A DNA stretch of 64,000 nucleotides from Styela clava (taxonomy: Eukaryota), in assembly GCF_964204865.1 (NCBI RefSeq), contig NC_135250.1, positions 22,258,001-22,322,000 of the forward strand, read 5' to 3'. The number at the start of each line of letters is the position of its first letter. Within the stretch, counting starts at the first letter, position 1. Below are positions 1 to 14,102 of the stretch, in pieces. The position numbers and the translations under genes were made by a program. The notes beneath the pieces were generated by a model that worked only from the letters and a program-made list of their open reading frames with translations, did no database searches and was not told the DNA's origin.

Positions 1-1019
1 GCTTTGAGGTCACAAAAATATGGTAACCCCAAGTTTACAGCAATCCTTTTGGTTTTGTTATAAGCAAACAAGTAGGTCTAAACTCTAAAGAATAAAGGCA
101 AAAGGTCAACTCTTCTTCCTCCGTCTCTGCCTGGTTTTACTATGAAATGCTGAAAAATTACTCATGTTCGCTAAATTCAATTCAGCAGATAAATAAACTG
201 CAGCTCGTGAAATTGCAGCAAGTACTTTTATCTCCATTAGAGGTAACATTGGAGGCAAACACTACGGGATGGAAAGTAAACGACATAGAGAGGTAAAAAA
301 TTGTGAAGTGGTGAATTTATTGATTCATATAGGCTACACAGCATTTAAATTAGGAAACAATAAAAAATTTATAATAAATGCAATATGTAAAATATTCAAT
401 CATATTTCAGGTATGTTTGACCGTAGTAGTATATATTTACGGTTTAACACAATTCTGTTAGTTTTCACGGCGCATTTGGCAACTCGTCACGGCGAACCCA
501 TTGGGAACCGCTACATTACACCGTTTTTCTTTATCAATTTCAGCTTTCCATTTTTTGGTGTTCCGTGAGGCGAGATAAAAAGTCTAAGTGTTCCGTGGCC
601 GAAAAAGTTTGGGAAACGCTGCTCTAACGTATACAAGATCGGATCGTGTATTCCCAACCAAGATCATGCTCTTGGACCGTGAGCCTCCGAGAGCTCATTT
701 TGCACAGGTTCGATACGTTTCTTTGGTCTATAATTATATCACTTGAGAAAATCTGTCTTCAATATTTATCTATTTGTAAGATACTATGAAAATTAGAAAA
801 ATGCCCGTTTTATTGGTGAACTTTATTGAAGTTCAAATTTTAACAGGACCCGCTACAGCGCATTTCATTACCCGTGACCTTTAACCCTTGTATCATTGTT
901 TCCGTCGTCTGCGTCAGTACGTTCTTACGTTGCCGGTACCGTTTTTCACTGCTGTTCGCCGACAAAAATTCGTATATCACCAACTTATAATCTGACAGTC
1001 TGACGGATAATTGCGGAGA

Positions 1020-4000
1020 ATGAGACGAGTAAATTTTGCTAAAGAACCACAGAATGAAAATTTCAACTCCAATGCCTTCTATGGGCAATCAAACAATCCC
1101 GATAGACCGTCATTCGCCGGCACTCTTCCATCGAAACAGAGAAAAATTTACGAAATGTGGCCAGGTGGTGATCCTAATAAGGTTCCTTTTACGATGAACA
1201 CAAAATCTCCCAGGAAAGGCATCAAGAAAGCACGTGAGTAAAGTGAAACATCTCCTGACCCTTCTGCCTAACTTCAACGCTACCGGTATCCTTCATTAGG
1301 ATAACGTTACTTACAGTCTAACAAGTTCAACTGTACAACGCGATAAATAGATAGATAGTTTATTTTGAAGTTATTCATAAATTTATGTACCGATAGCCCG
1401 TCATAATTCTTTAGTGTATTTACCAGTAGTTTTTGCGTAAACTTAGATATAAAGATCGAAATATTTCAGAATTTAGACTAGTATGATTTGTTATTTGTGT
1501 ATTTTATTCTAATAAAAATACTAATCTTCAAATTATTTTACTTTCATCGATTACAGCCGCAGTCAATCACTATGCTGAACCCCCAAAAAATGAATTACAA
1601 GACAACGTAAGTATGAATTGTTAGATATTTCCAAGTCTTAGTGTACGTTGAAGCTATTTTTCTATAATTTGGTTTTCGTATGGCGCATGATTGATTGACA
1701 CTGGTTGTACTTTGCCAATGAAAATACGAAATACTTACGAAAATTCTGTTTTTCGATTAGGCTATCAAACTCCACTAAGCAGAGATCAAAGTATCAAATT
1801 GCCTAACGACAGACACTATAATTTTTGGATGAAAAAATCCGGAAAGCAATGAATTTTTAGAAATTTTTGAACTGAAAATCATAAACTTGAAAAAAAAAGT
1901 GTTGAGAACATGAAAAAATACATTTTCGACTTGGCATCCTTTTATCAAAATTTCCGGTGAATATGGCCTCAAATTTAGATTAGAAACCAGCTCAAAATCA
2001 GCCTTTCTTTGTAATTTTTCAACATTCAATTTTTAGTATTGAAATCCTCAAAATATAGCTTTGAAGAATTTAATTAAAAAAAAAATGTTTATGATATTTA
2101 TGTACGATAGTATATATATATAGGCCTATATAATCCTTATTTTGAATTTCATTATTGCAGATGGGATCTTCGGGATCAATCTCTTTCCAACCTCCCAATC
2201 ACCCATCAAATGTTAATATGTATCCACACCCCGGTATGCGACACCCATGTCCCACTATCTTCAATCCAAGCTATTGGTGGCCACAGACACACGGTGAAAA
2301 CACAACGTTCCCTCCTCATTTTCAAATGCCTCCGGATACATACGGTAGGGATAATTTAATATCTGAGTGTAACATACGATTTCAATACCAAGATTGTTTT
2401 ATCAAATGATCTAGTCGCAGAAACTATAAATTTAAACTTAAAGTGTACGTACGGTATTTAAATATTTGATTTTAGAACAATCAATTAAAATAATCAGCAA
2501 TTTTTTTTGTTATTGGCTGCTTGTTGCTTTTTGGTAGTTAGCCAATTGCTAGCTATTTCAAAATATTTTTTATTTTTGCAAATTCTTATTGACTGCACTG
2601 CACTATCATTATATTTCACATTCATTCTCATGCAAACTTCATTTTTTGTACAACAGGTTACAGTGAGCCCCCGAATATGTTCCAGAATTATCCGCCGCCA
2701 CAACAATACGGAGCCAACCAATACTCCACAATATCACAAGCACCAATGTATGGGTACAATCAACCATCCCAGCCCCGACCATCCTGTATCAAGGTCAAAT
2801 ATAAAATATTTTTCATTTCCATTCAATATATTGAATATAACATCAGACGCGTACTATCGTATATCGTGCGCATTTTTATCGAGTAGGGCAGTGGTCGGCA
2901 AACTGTGGCCCGTTGGTGAAATGAGGCCCGCGAGAAAATTTCTCTCGTACGACCTGACCTCACTTTTAATGCATGAAACCAAAAAATTGTCATTGATTTA
3001 TTATTATCTGCGCACGGAAGGTATGTCGCAATCGTAACAATGTTTGTTTTGTAGTAATTATTAGCGTAATCAAAAGCACACGTCAGTTTTATGTCATTTA
3101 CTTTCCGAACGTGTCTACCGTTACTTGTAACTAACACACAAATAGGAGTTGCCCGTGCGTCATAGTTTGAAGTTTAATGTGCCAATTGTTTGTAGTCGGA
3201 AATTATTATGGCCCACACGCTACCGCATATTTAGCTGGGTGGTGACTAGTGAGTACATAAAGTTTGTCGACCACTAGACTAGAGGATATATCCTGCCTGC
3301 ATACCCTAGTAATAATACCAAATCCATGGTTTCAACAATTTTTAGGATGTAGGCCTACACTTTTATCATTTTCCATACAGAACAAGATTCAACCTATACC
3401 AAAACCTCAGTATCACGCGAGCCAGCAACAAAACCCGGAATTACAAGGAGGCGAGGCTCATATTAGTAACGAACGTCCAGGTACATCCGCGACCAAAAAG
3501 GTGTGCATTTGTGCAATTTGTGATTTTATTCTAATTTATCAATACTTGTACTTGTTTATTTTTACTCTGGGTTGTAAAAATTTCTGACGGAATAAAATTT
3601 TGATATATATAAAAAACTTTGGCTAACGCAACCCTTCTAAGAGTAAACTTTTAGTATATTTTGAGTTTGTATTTAAATTTTTCAATCATCATTAAAATTC
3701 TGAATTCTGATGCCGGCCCGATAGCCTATCTTCATTGAATTCAACATGTAATAATACAAAGGGGTTAAATAACAGTATATAGTGTCATGCCACATTCGCT
3801 ACAATACAATTAATGCTAGTCTGATTTATACTCGTCCGACGTGATCAAATGAATTTTTTAGGCTGACGCCACTCCGACGAAAGACAAAGCCGAAAAATAC
3901 AAACCAAAAAAGATATTTGTATCGACTAATGCTCGGGGTCTGCAAGCATGGTCCGAAGTTAAACAGGATACAATGGTCGTTTTTGAAATAATTGGTAAAT

Positions 4001-5759
4001 TTGTGTTTACTTCTAGTCACGCGTCTTTAATTAAAATAGATATATATGTTGTACTGAAACGCCAGAATTGAATAGCATATTTTAAATAATCTTCTACGGA
4101 ATTTTTGAGTGTTTAATTATCTTCTACGGAATTTTTTAGTGTTTCTATGTATTGTGCAGAATTTGTTATATTTGCCAAAATTTGCTCATAAAGTTACAAA
4201 TTTCTTTGCAAAAGTTGTTTTTGTTATCTAGTATTTTAATATTCGATTAATCAAATTATTTTGATTTGAATTTCATCACATTTTTTTCGATGCTATGTTT
4301 TGTAACCTAGTAAATATGCCCTTGTAACCTACGTCCATTTTGAACTCGAACAAACAATGAGCTGATCTTTTATTCTTGTTTCATCAAATATTTTTGCACA
4401 TCCAGGCATTCTTAACTCTCAAGTTACGTCGGAAGGAGTGAAATATTGCAAATCATTTCTAATCAAAGATGGACAAGGCCACGTGATCAACTGTGAATTT
4501 TATGAAACGGTAAAATTATTGATTACGGTATTGATGTACTGGTAGCTGTCGCTTTTATCTCTGTTTCCGTGCCGGGATAAGACCTTTTTGTTTTGTTTTC
4601 ACATGGTTTTCACTTGACATAACTATGTTATTGTGATGTAATAATCACTATGGATTCAAATCCCCTGCTGCTAACCACAGCGATGCGATACATTTAATAA
4701 GCTATGTCCAACACACGTATTTGCGAGGCCTACCGAAAGTTTTTCTGCCGATCTTCAACCAGCTGTTTATAGTAAAACCAGCAACTTTTTCCGAGTAAGC
4801 AAGCGATGGTGCTGCTGCTCAGATAAAGTCATTTTTGTGTATTGTACAATTGCGATGACGTGTTATTAGTATTACGCAACAATCAGGCGACCGAATCATA
4901 TTGCTGTTGCTGACTCGAAGCTGCATTGTTGTATGTTTGGAATGTCAATTTAATTTGTAACAAGCAATACGCACTTTATACAAAATTTCCATGAGTTTAT
5001 TCCACATCCCTGTGGAAGAGGCTACTGAATATTATACCAATTAAACTCATTGATCTCAAGGCAACCGTAAATTTGAGGTACTCATTCCGAAAGATAGAAA
5101 ACTTCCACAAAAATTGTTAAGTTTTTCACTTTTGCGAAACTAAAATATGTCCCAGAAGGCATTTAGGTTGTTAGTAGTAGCCTTCTTCAGAGCTAATGTA
5201 CGGAACACCCGAAAATAGCCTTGGCATAATGCAATTGTACTATTCGGTGATAGGATTTTCATACTTATTCCGGGGTTCTTAACCATATGACGAACCATGA
5301 CCTTTCGTCTGGTTATCAGTTCAGGTTGGGTATGGGAATAATTGTCCAGTCTTTGTGTTTCGTTTTTATATTGATGCATGGACTTGGTGATGGAGAAGTC
5401 GTTACCGATCAGCGGTAACGTTAAATATCCTACAACCAGTCCAGCAATCCCCTCGAACATAATTATTCCTCATGCGATTCGAGCCTGCAACCCCGCCGGA
5501 AGCGGCAAGAGAATACAAGCCTGTTTCTTTTCAGTGAAATACTCAATACTTTATATTTACTTAGGATCGTCAATTGTGCCGTACGTGCCGAGGAAAAATG
5601 TACAGATGTGTCGGAGATTTCAACGTAAGACGTGGCATATTTCACGCTGTGTGCGTGCGTGAAGCTGACGAGAAAGATGTCCGTTTGTACAGAAAGCTAG
5701 TAGCTGTAGCTAACGCAACTCTGAAAAATTTCAAGGAAAATTATAACGCCAAAAACTGA
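1020..5759 (+). CDS. SPATA22: SPATA22 (meiotic OB-fold partner of MEIOB), ~378 aa; exons 1020-1233, 1557-1606, 2161-2344, 2657-2793, 3381-3500, 3862-3994, 4406-4509, 5565-5759
   Basis: All introns GT-AG with consistent phases. C-terminus WSEVKQDTMVVFEIIGILNSQVT..YCKSFLIKDG..INCEFYETDRQLCRTCRGKMYRCVGDF..IFHAVCVR matches the recalled SPATA22 domain (W...KTVLLFEVLAVLDSAVT..SKTFLMRDG..CVFYEIDRELPRLIRGRVHRCVG). The N-terminal half is P/Q/Y/N-rich low complexity. Confidence 0.88.
2889..3276. mobile_element. hAT/Charlie-type MITE in SPATA22 intron 4
   Basis: Termini CAGTGGTCGGCAAACT ... AGTTTGTCGACCACTA; degenerate 8-bp TSD gagtaggg/gactagag. Confidence 0.7.
5240..5510 (-). mobile_element. putative tRNA-derived SINE in SPATA22 intron 7
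   Basis: Core similar to 34590-34735 (ccatatgacgaaccatgacc..gggtatggga..gcatggactt); B-box-like GGCTCGAATC on the minus strand near 5476-5485. Confidence 0.45.
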
Positions 5760-7013
5760 GGTTATAACTGTCCTTGTTTTTGAGGTTCTTTCTTTAGCAC
5801 GACACTCATTTATGTAGCTTTTACATCTCGTGCTTTGTGAGGGATTGCACCAGGTACCATGTGGATTTCCCGGTCAAAGTTTTTCGATCTAATTTACGAT
5901 ATTGATTCTAAAAATGTTTTCATATTTTTAGTTTGATGCAGAGTTTATTTATTCTTGTTCTTAATTGGCTTTATTATTTTCTACTTTAATAACAACACTA
6001 AATACTTGAAATTTGATTTTTGAAAACTGATTGCGTCGTATGAAACAGCCTTCAACATTGTGTATTAGGAAAAATCCGGAATCCAAAGCGCGGCGTCTCA
6101 AAGTAGATGTACATTGAACTAAGTCTGGAATGTGTATTATATTCCCGTACACTCTAAATCTTGTGACCTAACGTGCGTACGTACATGCGTGAAAACTAGC
6201 GGTCATTTTCGACAATGGTGTTGCGTAAGATTTCTAGCGTGTATATATATATATATATATACAAAACGATTAAATAGCCAGTTCAAATCAAATCGAAGAC
6301 GTTTCATGCCTGCAATAGTTCTGTTCATATTATTCCTAAATGAGTTCAAAATTACCACTTGATTATATATAAATGAAAATAACATAATCTCTTTCCACGA
6401 AATACCCTTTTTTTATATAGTTTGTATATTTCCTGATCGTTGATGATAAATTTATCCTTTGCATAGAATAACAATGGGTCACACATAAATTTTTGAAAAA
6501 AATAGAATAAATAAGCACAATTACCTGTTAGCAAGTAAGAACAAAAGCAGTAAAAATCATTTCTCTTTGCAAATTATTTTTTTAACCGCATTTATTTAGA
6601 ATTTGATGCATTTTTTATGACCATATTTTATATTATTAAAAATTTGTGTAAGATATCATTTATGGATTTACATAAATCATAAAGGCTTTTATCAGTCAGC
6701 TTTTAAAAGTATAGCGAGCACATAGCATTAAATGCATTCTGATAAATACAATTGATTAGACCTATAATAGTAAGATAATGCTCAAAAACACACTATGATG
6801 ATCAAACAAAACTCGCGGATGATTAGGTGTGCTGTTTAAAAATGTCGTATACATAATTGTAAAATGGCTAGCTACACATTGGCTATGTCACTTGTACAGC
6901 CGTATTTGGGTACTTCCATTTTATGCAGTCCCCTCGTCAAATACAATTATATATATGTTGCATAGCGAAATATTTGATTCGAAAAAATACACAGGAATTT
7001 GCCATATTTTAAA

Positions 7014-9972
7014 TCACAGCTTTGCTGGCGTACTCGTCAACGATTGTCTTAAAAAGTTCAAAATCTTCGGCCACGAATCTTCTTGGGCTTTGCTGTGATC
7101 TGGCTGATTGCCTCCATTATGCTGAAGCTGTCGATAAGTCCACACAACATTTTGGTGTGGAGCATACGCATGCTCTATTAGGTGACCGGCATCGGGATAA
7201 AAGAGAAGCTCGTATCTTGGATGATGCTGTTCTTCTAACATTTCTCTGGCGTGTTTTCCCATTTTTTGTATTATCGTTTCGTGTATAGTATCTTTACCGC
7301 CATACACAAACATGTAAGCCGTACGATGGCGCTTTTGAAAGGGAACCAAATCGTCCTCAATATTTTCCCAAGTCTCATTTTCGGCATCCGGATGAGAGCT
7401 AGTAATCACCATTGTGCCGTCTGGAAGAGATTCTGCATTTAAAGTGAATGTTTCTGGCACACTCCAGGTTTTATCTCGATACGTGAATGTGTTGTAGCTT
7501 ACATACCAGCCGCTAATGGCCACCACACAGCCAAATAAGCCTTCGGGGGCGCAGCTTGCTATACCCAGAGACGCGCTGGCTCCAACACAATTTGATACTA
7601 TACCTACCCCATTTCTTGCGTCTACGCTGGTATGATTTTTGAGAAAGATGGCGGCTTCTTCGAAGTATTCCAAGTCAAGACCATGGTCGTATTTTGGTAG
7701 GTCATCTGTTCCAAAGTATCTAACAGCTAACGCTACAAATCCACGAGAGGCAAGTATGGCTGCTTTATGTTTGAACGCCCCGGGATGTGCACCGCTGATA
7801 CTCAAGACACCTGTTGAAAGGTAAAATATAAACATCGCGAAACTATAACCATGTATACATAGCTTCGTTTTTATAGCTAGCACCATTAAAATATATTGGT
7901 TTATGAGCCTTCTAGTAACGTTCTGGACATGTCTATCAAAACTTGGTTTCCATGTCCAGATGCAAGCGATAAAGCGGATAGACTATACCTGGAAATCTAG
8001 TATTGCCAGGAGGAATGTACAGTGTTCCTCTTAATCTTCCTGTCCAAACTTCTTGTTCCTGAACACCCGGTGCAGCATAGGTTCTTGTAATTTTGTGCTT
8101 TGTTAACAGTTTGTTATTGGTTCGTGAAGTATCGTGTATTTCTTCTAAATTTGGCACAAAACTATCAAATAAACGAAAATACACCTCAAACGGTTGCATC
8201 GGATCTTTCACGACAAATCGTTCATAGGATCGCTGAAAGATGGTGAATAATAAAAACTTTTATGACACCCGACTAAAAAAATTAAAAACGTGGTTTACTA
8301 TACGATTTATATAAACGAGGTGAGACTCTTTGTTTTAATAAAAGTTTGTCAGGTTTACCTTGTTCAAATGCGACGCAACCATTGAACTCAAGGGACCCAT
8401 AGACCACACTCCTCTGTACGATCCCCCGTGTGATTCACTGGTTCTCACGTCAATGAAACCTGCAATATACATGATAAAAAAGGTAAAGTCATAAACTTTC
8501 AATTTTTAATGAAGTTGGTTATTAAAAAATTCGGCATTTTTAACAGGACTTTGTCAACACCCTGTATGTTCTGTTTTTCTTTATATAATTCAACTTGACA
8601 TACTCACATGATCGGTCGTTGCGTACAAATAGTTTTAGATGTATTATGTAATATTCAATATTATATAATATTTAATCAGACCGAGAACTCAGCTGCCCCA
8701 TTGCTGCAAATTTGTGTACTTCAACCGCTATATCTCAAATTTATAAACATTATGTAACAAGTATATATATTTGTCTATTGGGGTTCTTCCCTATTTCCCG
8801 TAAGTGTTCTATTGTTTGCTTATGAACGCGTACTTCGAATACTTTTAATTTAAAAAAAAATACAAAATCAACTAAAATTTTGAAGTGTATCAATATGAAG
8901 GTAATTATAAATTGGTCCAAAAAACAAGCATGCCAATGAATAGCGATATATTTAATATTGTTTCAAATATTCAATGTGATAACACTGTGGTCGCGGGAAC
9001 AAAATGTCTAATATTTAGTTGTATGAGACAGAGTCGAGGTGCTTTTATAAATATAACTTTTTAAAGCAAGGCCATGAGCTTTCCATGAAAACAGTACCTC
9101 ACGCAAACACTATTGTGACAAGCGCTAAAAACGATAGTGCATATCGCTAGACGGTGATCCTAAAACTCTCCAAGGCTATTATTCACTGTAGTGAAAACAG
9201 ACGGCGGCGCGATAGCACTCAGATTGGAACACTTCACAAATTAGATGGTCACTCTTCGGAAAATATCGTGGATTAATCAAACATCTTCAGGCTGCGAAAT
9301 ATGAAAACAAATTGAAGTAAGATGCCGTCCTGTTGATTTTTGTATGGTGATAGCAACCATATATTGATATATTTATATATAACAAATAGTTTTTCACATA
9401 AACTAAAATGGACATGGATTACCTCTGCCATCTGATGTATACTGAGCCAGGCTCTCAAACATAATATCATCGCTGAGTGTAATCGAAGAATGGAGCGATA
9501 CGTTCTGAAACGGTTTTAGCCCTGCAAATAAAATGTCTTCCCGTTACATAAATCACCGATATACATATATATACCATATATGAAAAAGATTGTTTCAACA
9601 ACAAAGATGTAGTTTGGTTTGTTGGGATGGATGCTCCCAATATAATACGAAGATATATATTTATCCTTTCATCTGAAACTTTTAACTTATTTATAATAAA
9701 AAATTGACATGGATCAAGCGATGTGAAATAAATAACGTTACTGGCAACTAACTTGTTTAACGTCAAATAGGCCAAATGTAGCTATACATAAAATTCATTT
9801 GCAATAATAGTCCGGCATTATGAGGAGAGTCCGTGTTTTCGTATAATTCGCTGAAATTCATGCGCTTAGATTTTTAATATTACTGATGAAATTATTCATA
9901 CTCACCGTCGATAACTATATGTATAGCCTCATCAGCTAAGGACAACTTTTTGTTAACATGTATTGCAGGCAT
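7014..9972 (-). CDS. BAAT/ACOT type I family acyl-CoA thioesterase or amino acid N-acyltransferase, peroxisomal, ~435 aa; exons 9972-9906, 9521-9423, 8459-8359, 8232-7989, 7810-7014
   Basis: Phase-consistent GT-AG introns; motifs GGSYRGVWSMG, GRLRGTLYIPPG, ILASRGFVALAVRYFG, DLEYFEEA, nucleophile elbow GVGIVSNCVG, VYGGKD (Asp), YPDAGHLIE (His), HSKAQEDSW; C-terminal PTS1 AKL. Confidence 0.92.
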
Positions 9973-11581
9973 TTTGTGGTGATATTAATATAATTTGGCA
10001 CTGTATTAAAATCAAAAAAGCATTCGAATGTTATGTACTTGGACTGAAAAACAAAAATGAATGTATTAGATTTTTCAGCGATACCGCTCCAACGTATAAT
10101 ATCATTAAAAGTTTATCGGTGTTTATTAAAATAATACGTAATAATTAATCTTCTTTATTAAAAACGTTTTTTCTAACGTTTTGTGCCTTTATTTCTGAAA
10201 AAACACTCTTCTGGTTTCAAGCGTGGGCCATGTGACAATAGTGACGAAACGCAGAGCCGACTTAACGCCGCAAAATCCAGATTTTTTTTAGCTAGGTCCC
10301 GAAATACCAACTTAGACGGACTTGGTTGTTATTTGACGATGACACTAAGCTTGCTCACGCTGCAAGTTTTCAAATTATATAAAATATAACAATTCGTAAT
10401 AAAAATGAGTGTCACAAGAAAGGTGACCAGAAAGAAAAACACGACGGAAACGTATTTCCTTGCCCATTACACAGTGTCTGGTTTGATTTCAAGTAATATC
10501 TGTCACGGAAGAATATAATTTAAAGCGACATTAAACGCGAGATGCGAAAAATACAATTCTCAATTCTCAGGAATTATTTAAAAAAAACTGAAGGCTTTAT
10601 ATATTCTTCAAAAAACGGCACCCATGCAAACTAATAATAGTCTGATTAGAACGGTAAACTCTCGTTGTTTATTAAATTTGAAGTAAGTACCTCGCGATAT
10701 TTCGATCAATTTTGGGCTTTCTCCGACTTGCGGCCCGCGAGATCTCTTCAAAATTTTTTGCGGTCCTTCAACCACCCTGAGGTAGACTACTAGTTACCGG
10801 TAAAATTTCAAACTACAGTTGTGACTTGTATCCTTTGGTATTACGATTCACGTTGAGACTGGACGCATGAATCTTCATTGTCACATTACCTCAGGATTAA
10901 AGCTCAACCGATATATCGGCCCGATATCACGTGTTTGCCGATATAGGATATCGACAGTAAACGGCCGATATATATCGGTTATATATAACAGTTAAAAAAA
11001 CGGAAAATGTTCGTAAAAGTTGTTTTATTTACTTTTGGTTGTAATTGTTTGTATTACACCTATCTATCCCAACCAAAAAAATAGCATGAATACCATAATG
11101 GTTACCTAAAATATCCACTCCCAAGATATTGTAGAAAGTGGGAGACAGGTGTCGCCTAAGTGGCGTTTGCTACAAAATGGAAGGTGTGGAACACACGAAG
11201 AACAAGTGGGACACAACAGCAGAGGAAATATACATTGCCCAAACAAATTTCAATCAAGGTAAACTTTTTCTAAATATCGAAACATTCCTACAACGAGTCT
11301 GTTATCAACGCAATAAGGTAAGCAATAAGACTGATTCAGAGACGAAAAGCATCTATGTCTAGAAAGCACTGACTACATGATAATCTTGCCATACATCTAC
11401 CATTAACCTGTCTTATTCTGAAAGTAAAGCGCTAATATTTTTTGCATATTTCTACGCAGCCAGGGTTGATATATATATATATATATATATGAATATACAG
11501 AAAAATAAATTGAATTGACCATGACAAATGATCAATACAAGTATTATGAAATATCCTTCACGTGTGTTCATACGCATAATC

Positions 11582-12715
11582 GTCGAAATATTTACTTTAC
11601 AGTCTCTGTTACGGAGTCTGTGGACTGAAACTCGAATGACGCCGAAATAACATAACTTTGCATTATATTAAAAATTGCTCCAACTGAACGCTGCAAAATA
11701 AATTTGATTTGCCGTAAACAACCGACCAGCAAAATAACTGGACATGAATACGATTTCCAGATTTAAACTTTGCATGAATTACAGGGAAATCTCAGTGTAT
11801 ATTACGTTTACGTTAATACGTGAAATTCTTACATCACATGACATCCTCTATTGACCATGACGTAATCTTGAGATATTTCCTAAGTTTCCTAGATATCGTA
11901 TTGATCTTTTAGGTACCTATCGTGTTATGTACATTATTGTGGCTTTGACGAACTCAGCGCGGGTGCGATGTACACAAAATGTTTGTAACAGTTATCAATT
12001 ACGAAATTGCTTGCTAATGGCTTACTAAATAATTGTGGGTTTCGCTTACACCTTCGCTTTGAACATGGCGTGTACGTATTTTTGGTAAAAAAAAAAAATT
12101 CTGTTAGACCGTTGTGCAACTAACGTGGCATGCAGAGGTTCACAACGTGCGTTTTGATAAAAAAAAATATAATCTACGTAGTTATCCAAGTGCATCATTG
12201 TGCAAGAAATCGGACAATATCACAAATAGATATAACATGCAAATATAGATATTTACACGGTTTCAGTAGGCAACAATTAAATTCAACTGCAGAAATGAAA
12301 CAGTAAATGTAAAATTGCACGACTCATTCTACAATCAGTTGCCAGATTTTATCTCAATATCAAAAATATCTTCAACGCTGCTCCATCTAGCTATCTTCGA
12401 TAAAATAAAATTATAGATTCTATTTCCCTAGATCTCAATAGACACACTCAACCAGGAGGCAAATTAAACGTTCAGTATCATTCTTGGCAATGGGACAGCC
12501 ATTGTGAAATATCTCCACTAATATCTTCCACTAAAAGTATTTCTATTTGTGACTCAGTACCAAAATATCCACCGGTGTATTTGCTCCCTAATTCATTATA
12601 TATGTTTGAGAGACCTTGAAAAAGATTAGAAAGTAAATAAACGATCGAAAGATTTGTATGCATTTCTAACTAAATAAACGAATTGATTATCGTTGGTGTT
12701 TGGATTCTTAGTTAA
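11582..12715. repeat. left arm of a long diverged inverted duplication (pairs with 14245-15559)
   Basis: For example gtcgaaatatttactttacagtctctgttacggag (11582) vs ctccgtaacagagactgttaagtaaatatttcgac (15525-15559), and tgtttgagagaccttgaa (12603) vs ttcaaggtctctcaaaca (14332). Confidence 0.9.
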
Positions 12716-13589
12716 ATATGTAGTATATTAGGTAACAGCAAAAAAGACAACAGCGGAGCATAGTTTACGTATGACGAAAGAAAATTAGACTTGTTGCACG
12801 TTACCATTCCAAAGCATTCACCTTGTCGTCGCTTGAAATTATTCACGCATTGAGCATGTCTAGCCCTTTCACGTGGTTTTTATTGGACATGAAGTGTACA
12901 TATGAATCGTTTTGTTATTATGTTGTTCTTGTTGGTATTTCTCTTCTCAGCGTTTTAAAAAAAATCGCCGCTCTCTTTATTTATCCGACCAATTGCTTCT
13001 AATTTTTCACCGGGTAAAGATTGTATTTTCCTCTACATTTATTCATTTTAAAAATTGCTGTGTTCTCTACGGGTTCGTTTTCGGTGTGCCAGGATGGGAT
13101 CAAAAATTGCGCACCTTGCAGGTTCCAGGTTCGCGTTAGTCGCGAGGATTGCGGTACCGGTAGTGTATTGTTGCTTGGGCTGGAGGCATATCGACATTTT
13201 CGGGAGGTAGTGACGAACGCCTTGAAATAATAATCTTTCCGGTCGTGTTGAATACACTTTTTGATGGTACATTCGTATTACATCGTACGAAACTGATGAA
13301 GCTAGTAGCTCTTGATCGCAGTTGATGCTGCTTTTCTTCATGATATATATGTCGAGGTAGAAGTTGCAGATCTTGCACGGAAAGTTTTGTCACATAATTG
13401 ACATTTAATATTAACTTACCAGGATACCAGGATAAGATGACGCGAAATTGCTTTGGAACCATTGGGACGTAACAAGCTAAAATTATATCTCATTACGTCA
13501 AAACGGTAAACCGGTTAATTTTACCCGGCTAACCGTTGAAGTGTTTCCCCTGGAATTCCCAGCCCTTACTGTGACAGATTGCATACTCG

Positions 13590-13899
13590 TACTACTTCAT
13601 TTTGGTCTTCGTGTCCATATATTTGAGCATCGCTCTCTTGTTTTATTTTACAAATGAGATGCAAGCTACTTTGGAAAATTAAAAGTATTTTTGCTAAAAG
13701 TCTAACTTATGTGACAAACTCTGATTTCAATATCATACTGTAATTGTCTGTCGCAGTAGTTTTATAATTATAGACTTGAAAAAGACACGCCGTTTTACTT
13801 TTTGATCAAGGAATCTCCAGATCAAGTCCTAAGTGCTGTTATACCTATTTTGCACGTATTTCATGAACAGTAGGGTAATTAGTCTCGGATGTTTAATCT
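13590..13899 (+). repeat. ~300-bp dispersed direct repeat (second copy 17584-17860) that starts with a HINE-family terminus
   Basis: cgtgtccatatatttgagcatcgctctcttgttttattttacaaatgagatgcaagctac... recurs at 17592. Confidence 0.85.
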
Positions 13900-14102
13900 G
13901 GTGACCGTACATTTGAACCCACGTACATTTGAACCCATGTCTATATCCGCGGGTTCAATCAATATGCGGGTGCTGAAACCCATGGGTTAGGGTTAGTATG
14001 GGTTCAACTATCCGTACAACAAAAAAATTTCCATAGGTGCAATAGTATGCTGGTGCAATTGTCATGGGTTCAAATGTACGTGGGTTCAAATGTAATGGAA
14101 CC
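13900..14102. mobile_element. Mutator-like MITE, 203 bp, 9-bp TSD
   Basis: Long TIR GGTGACCGTACATTTGAACCCACGTACATTTGAACCCATG with a matching right end. Perfect TSD GTTTAATCT at 13891-13899 and 14103-14111. The paralogous site near 17850 is empty. Confidence 0.85.

Noticed and set aside
2507-3037. 176-aa ORF with a signal-like N-terminus
   Set aside because: Off-frame overlap of a SPATA22 intron, exon 4 and a MITE.
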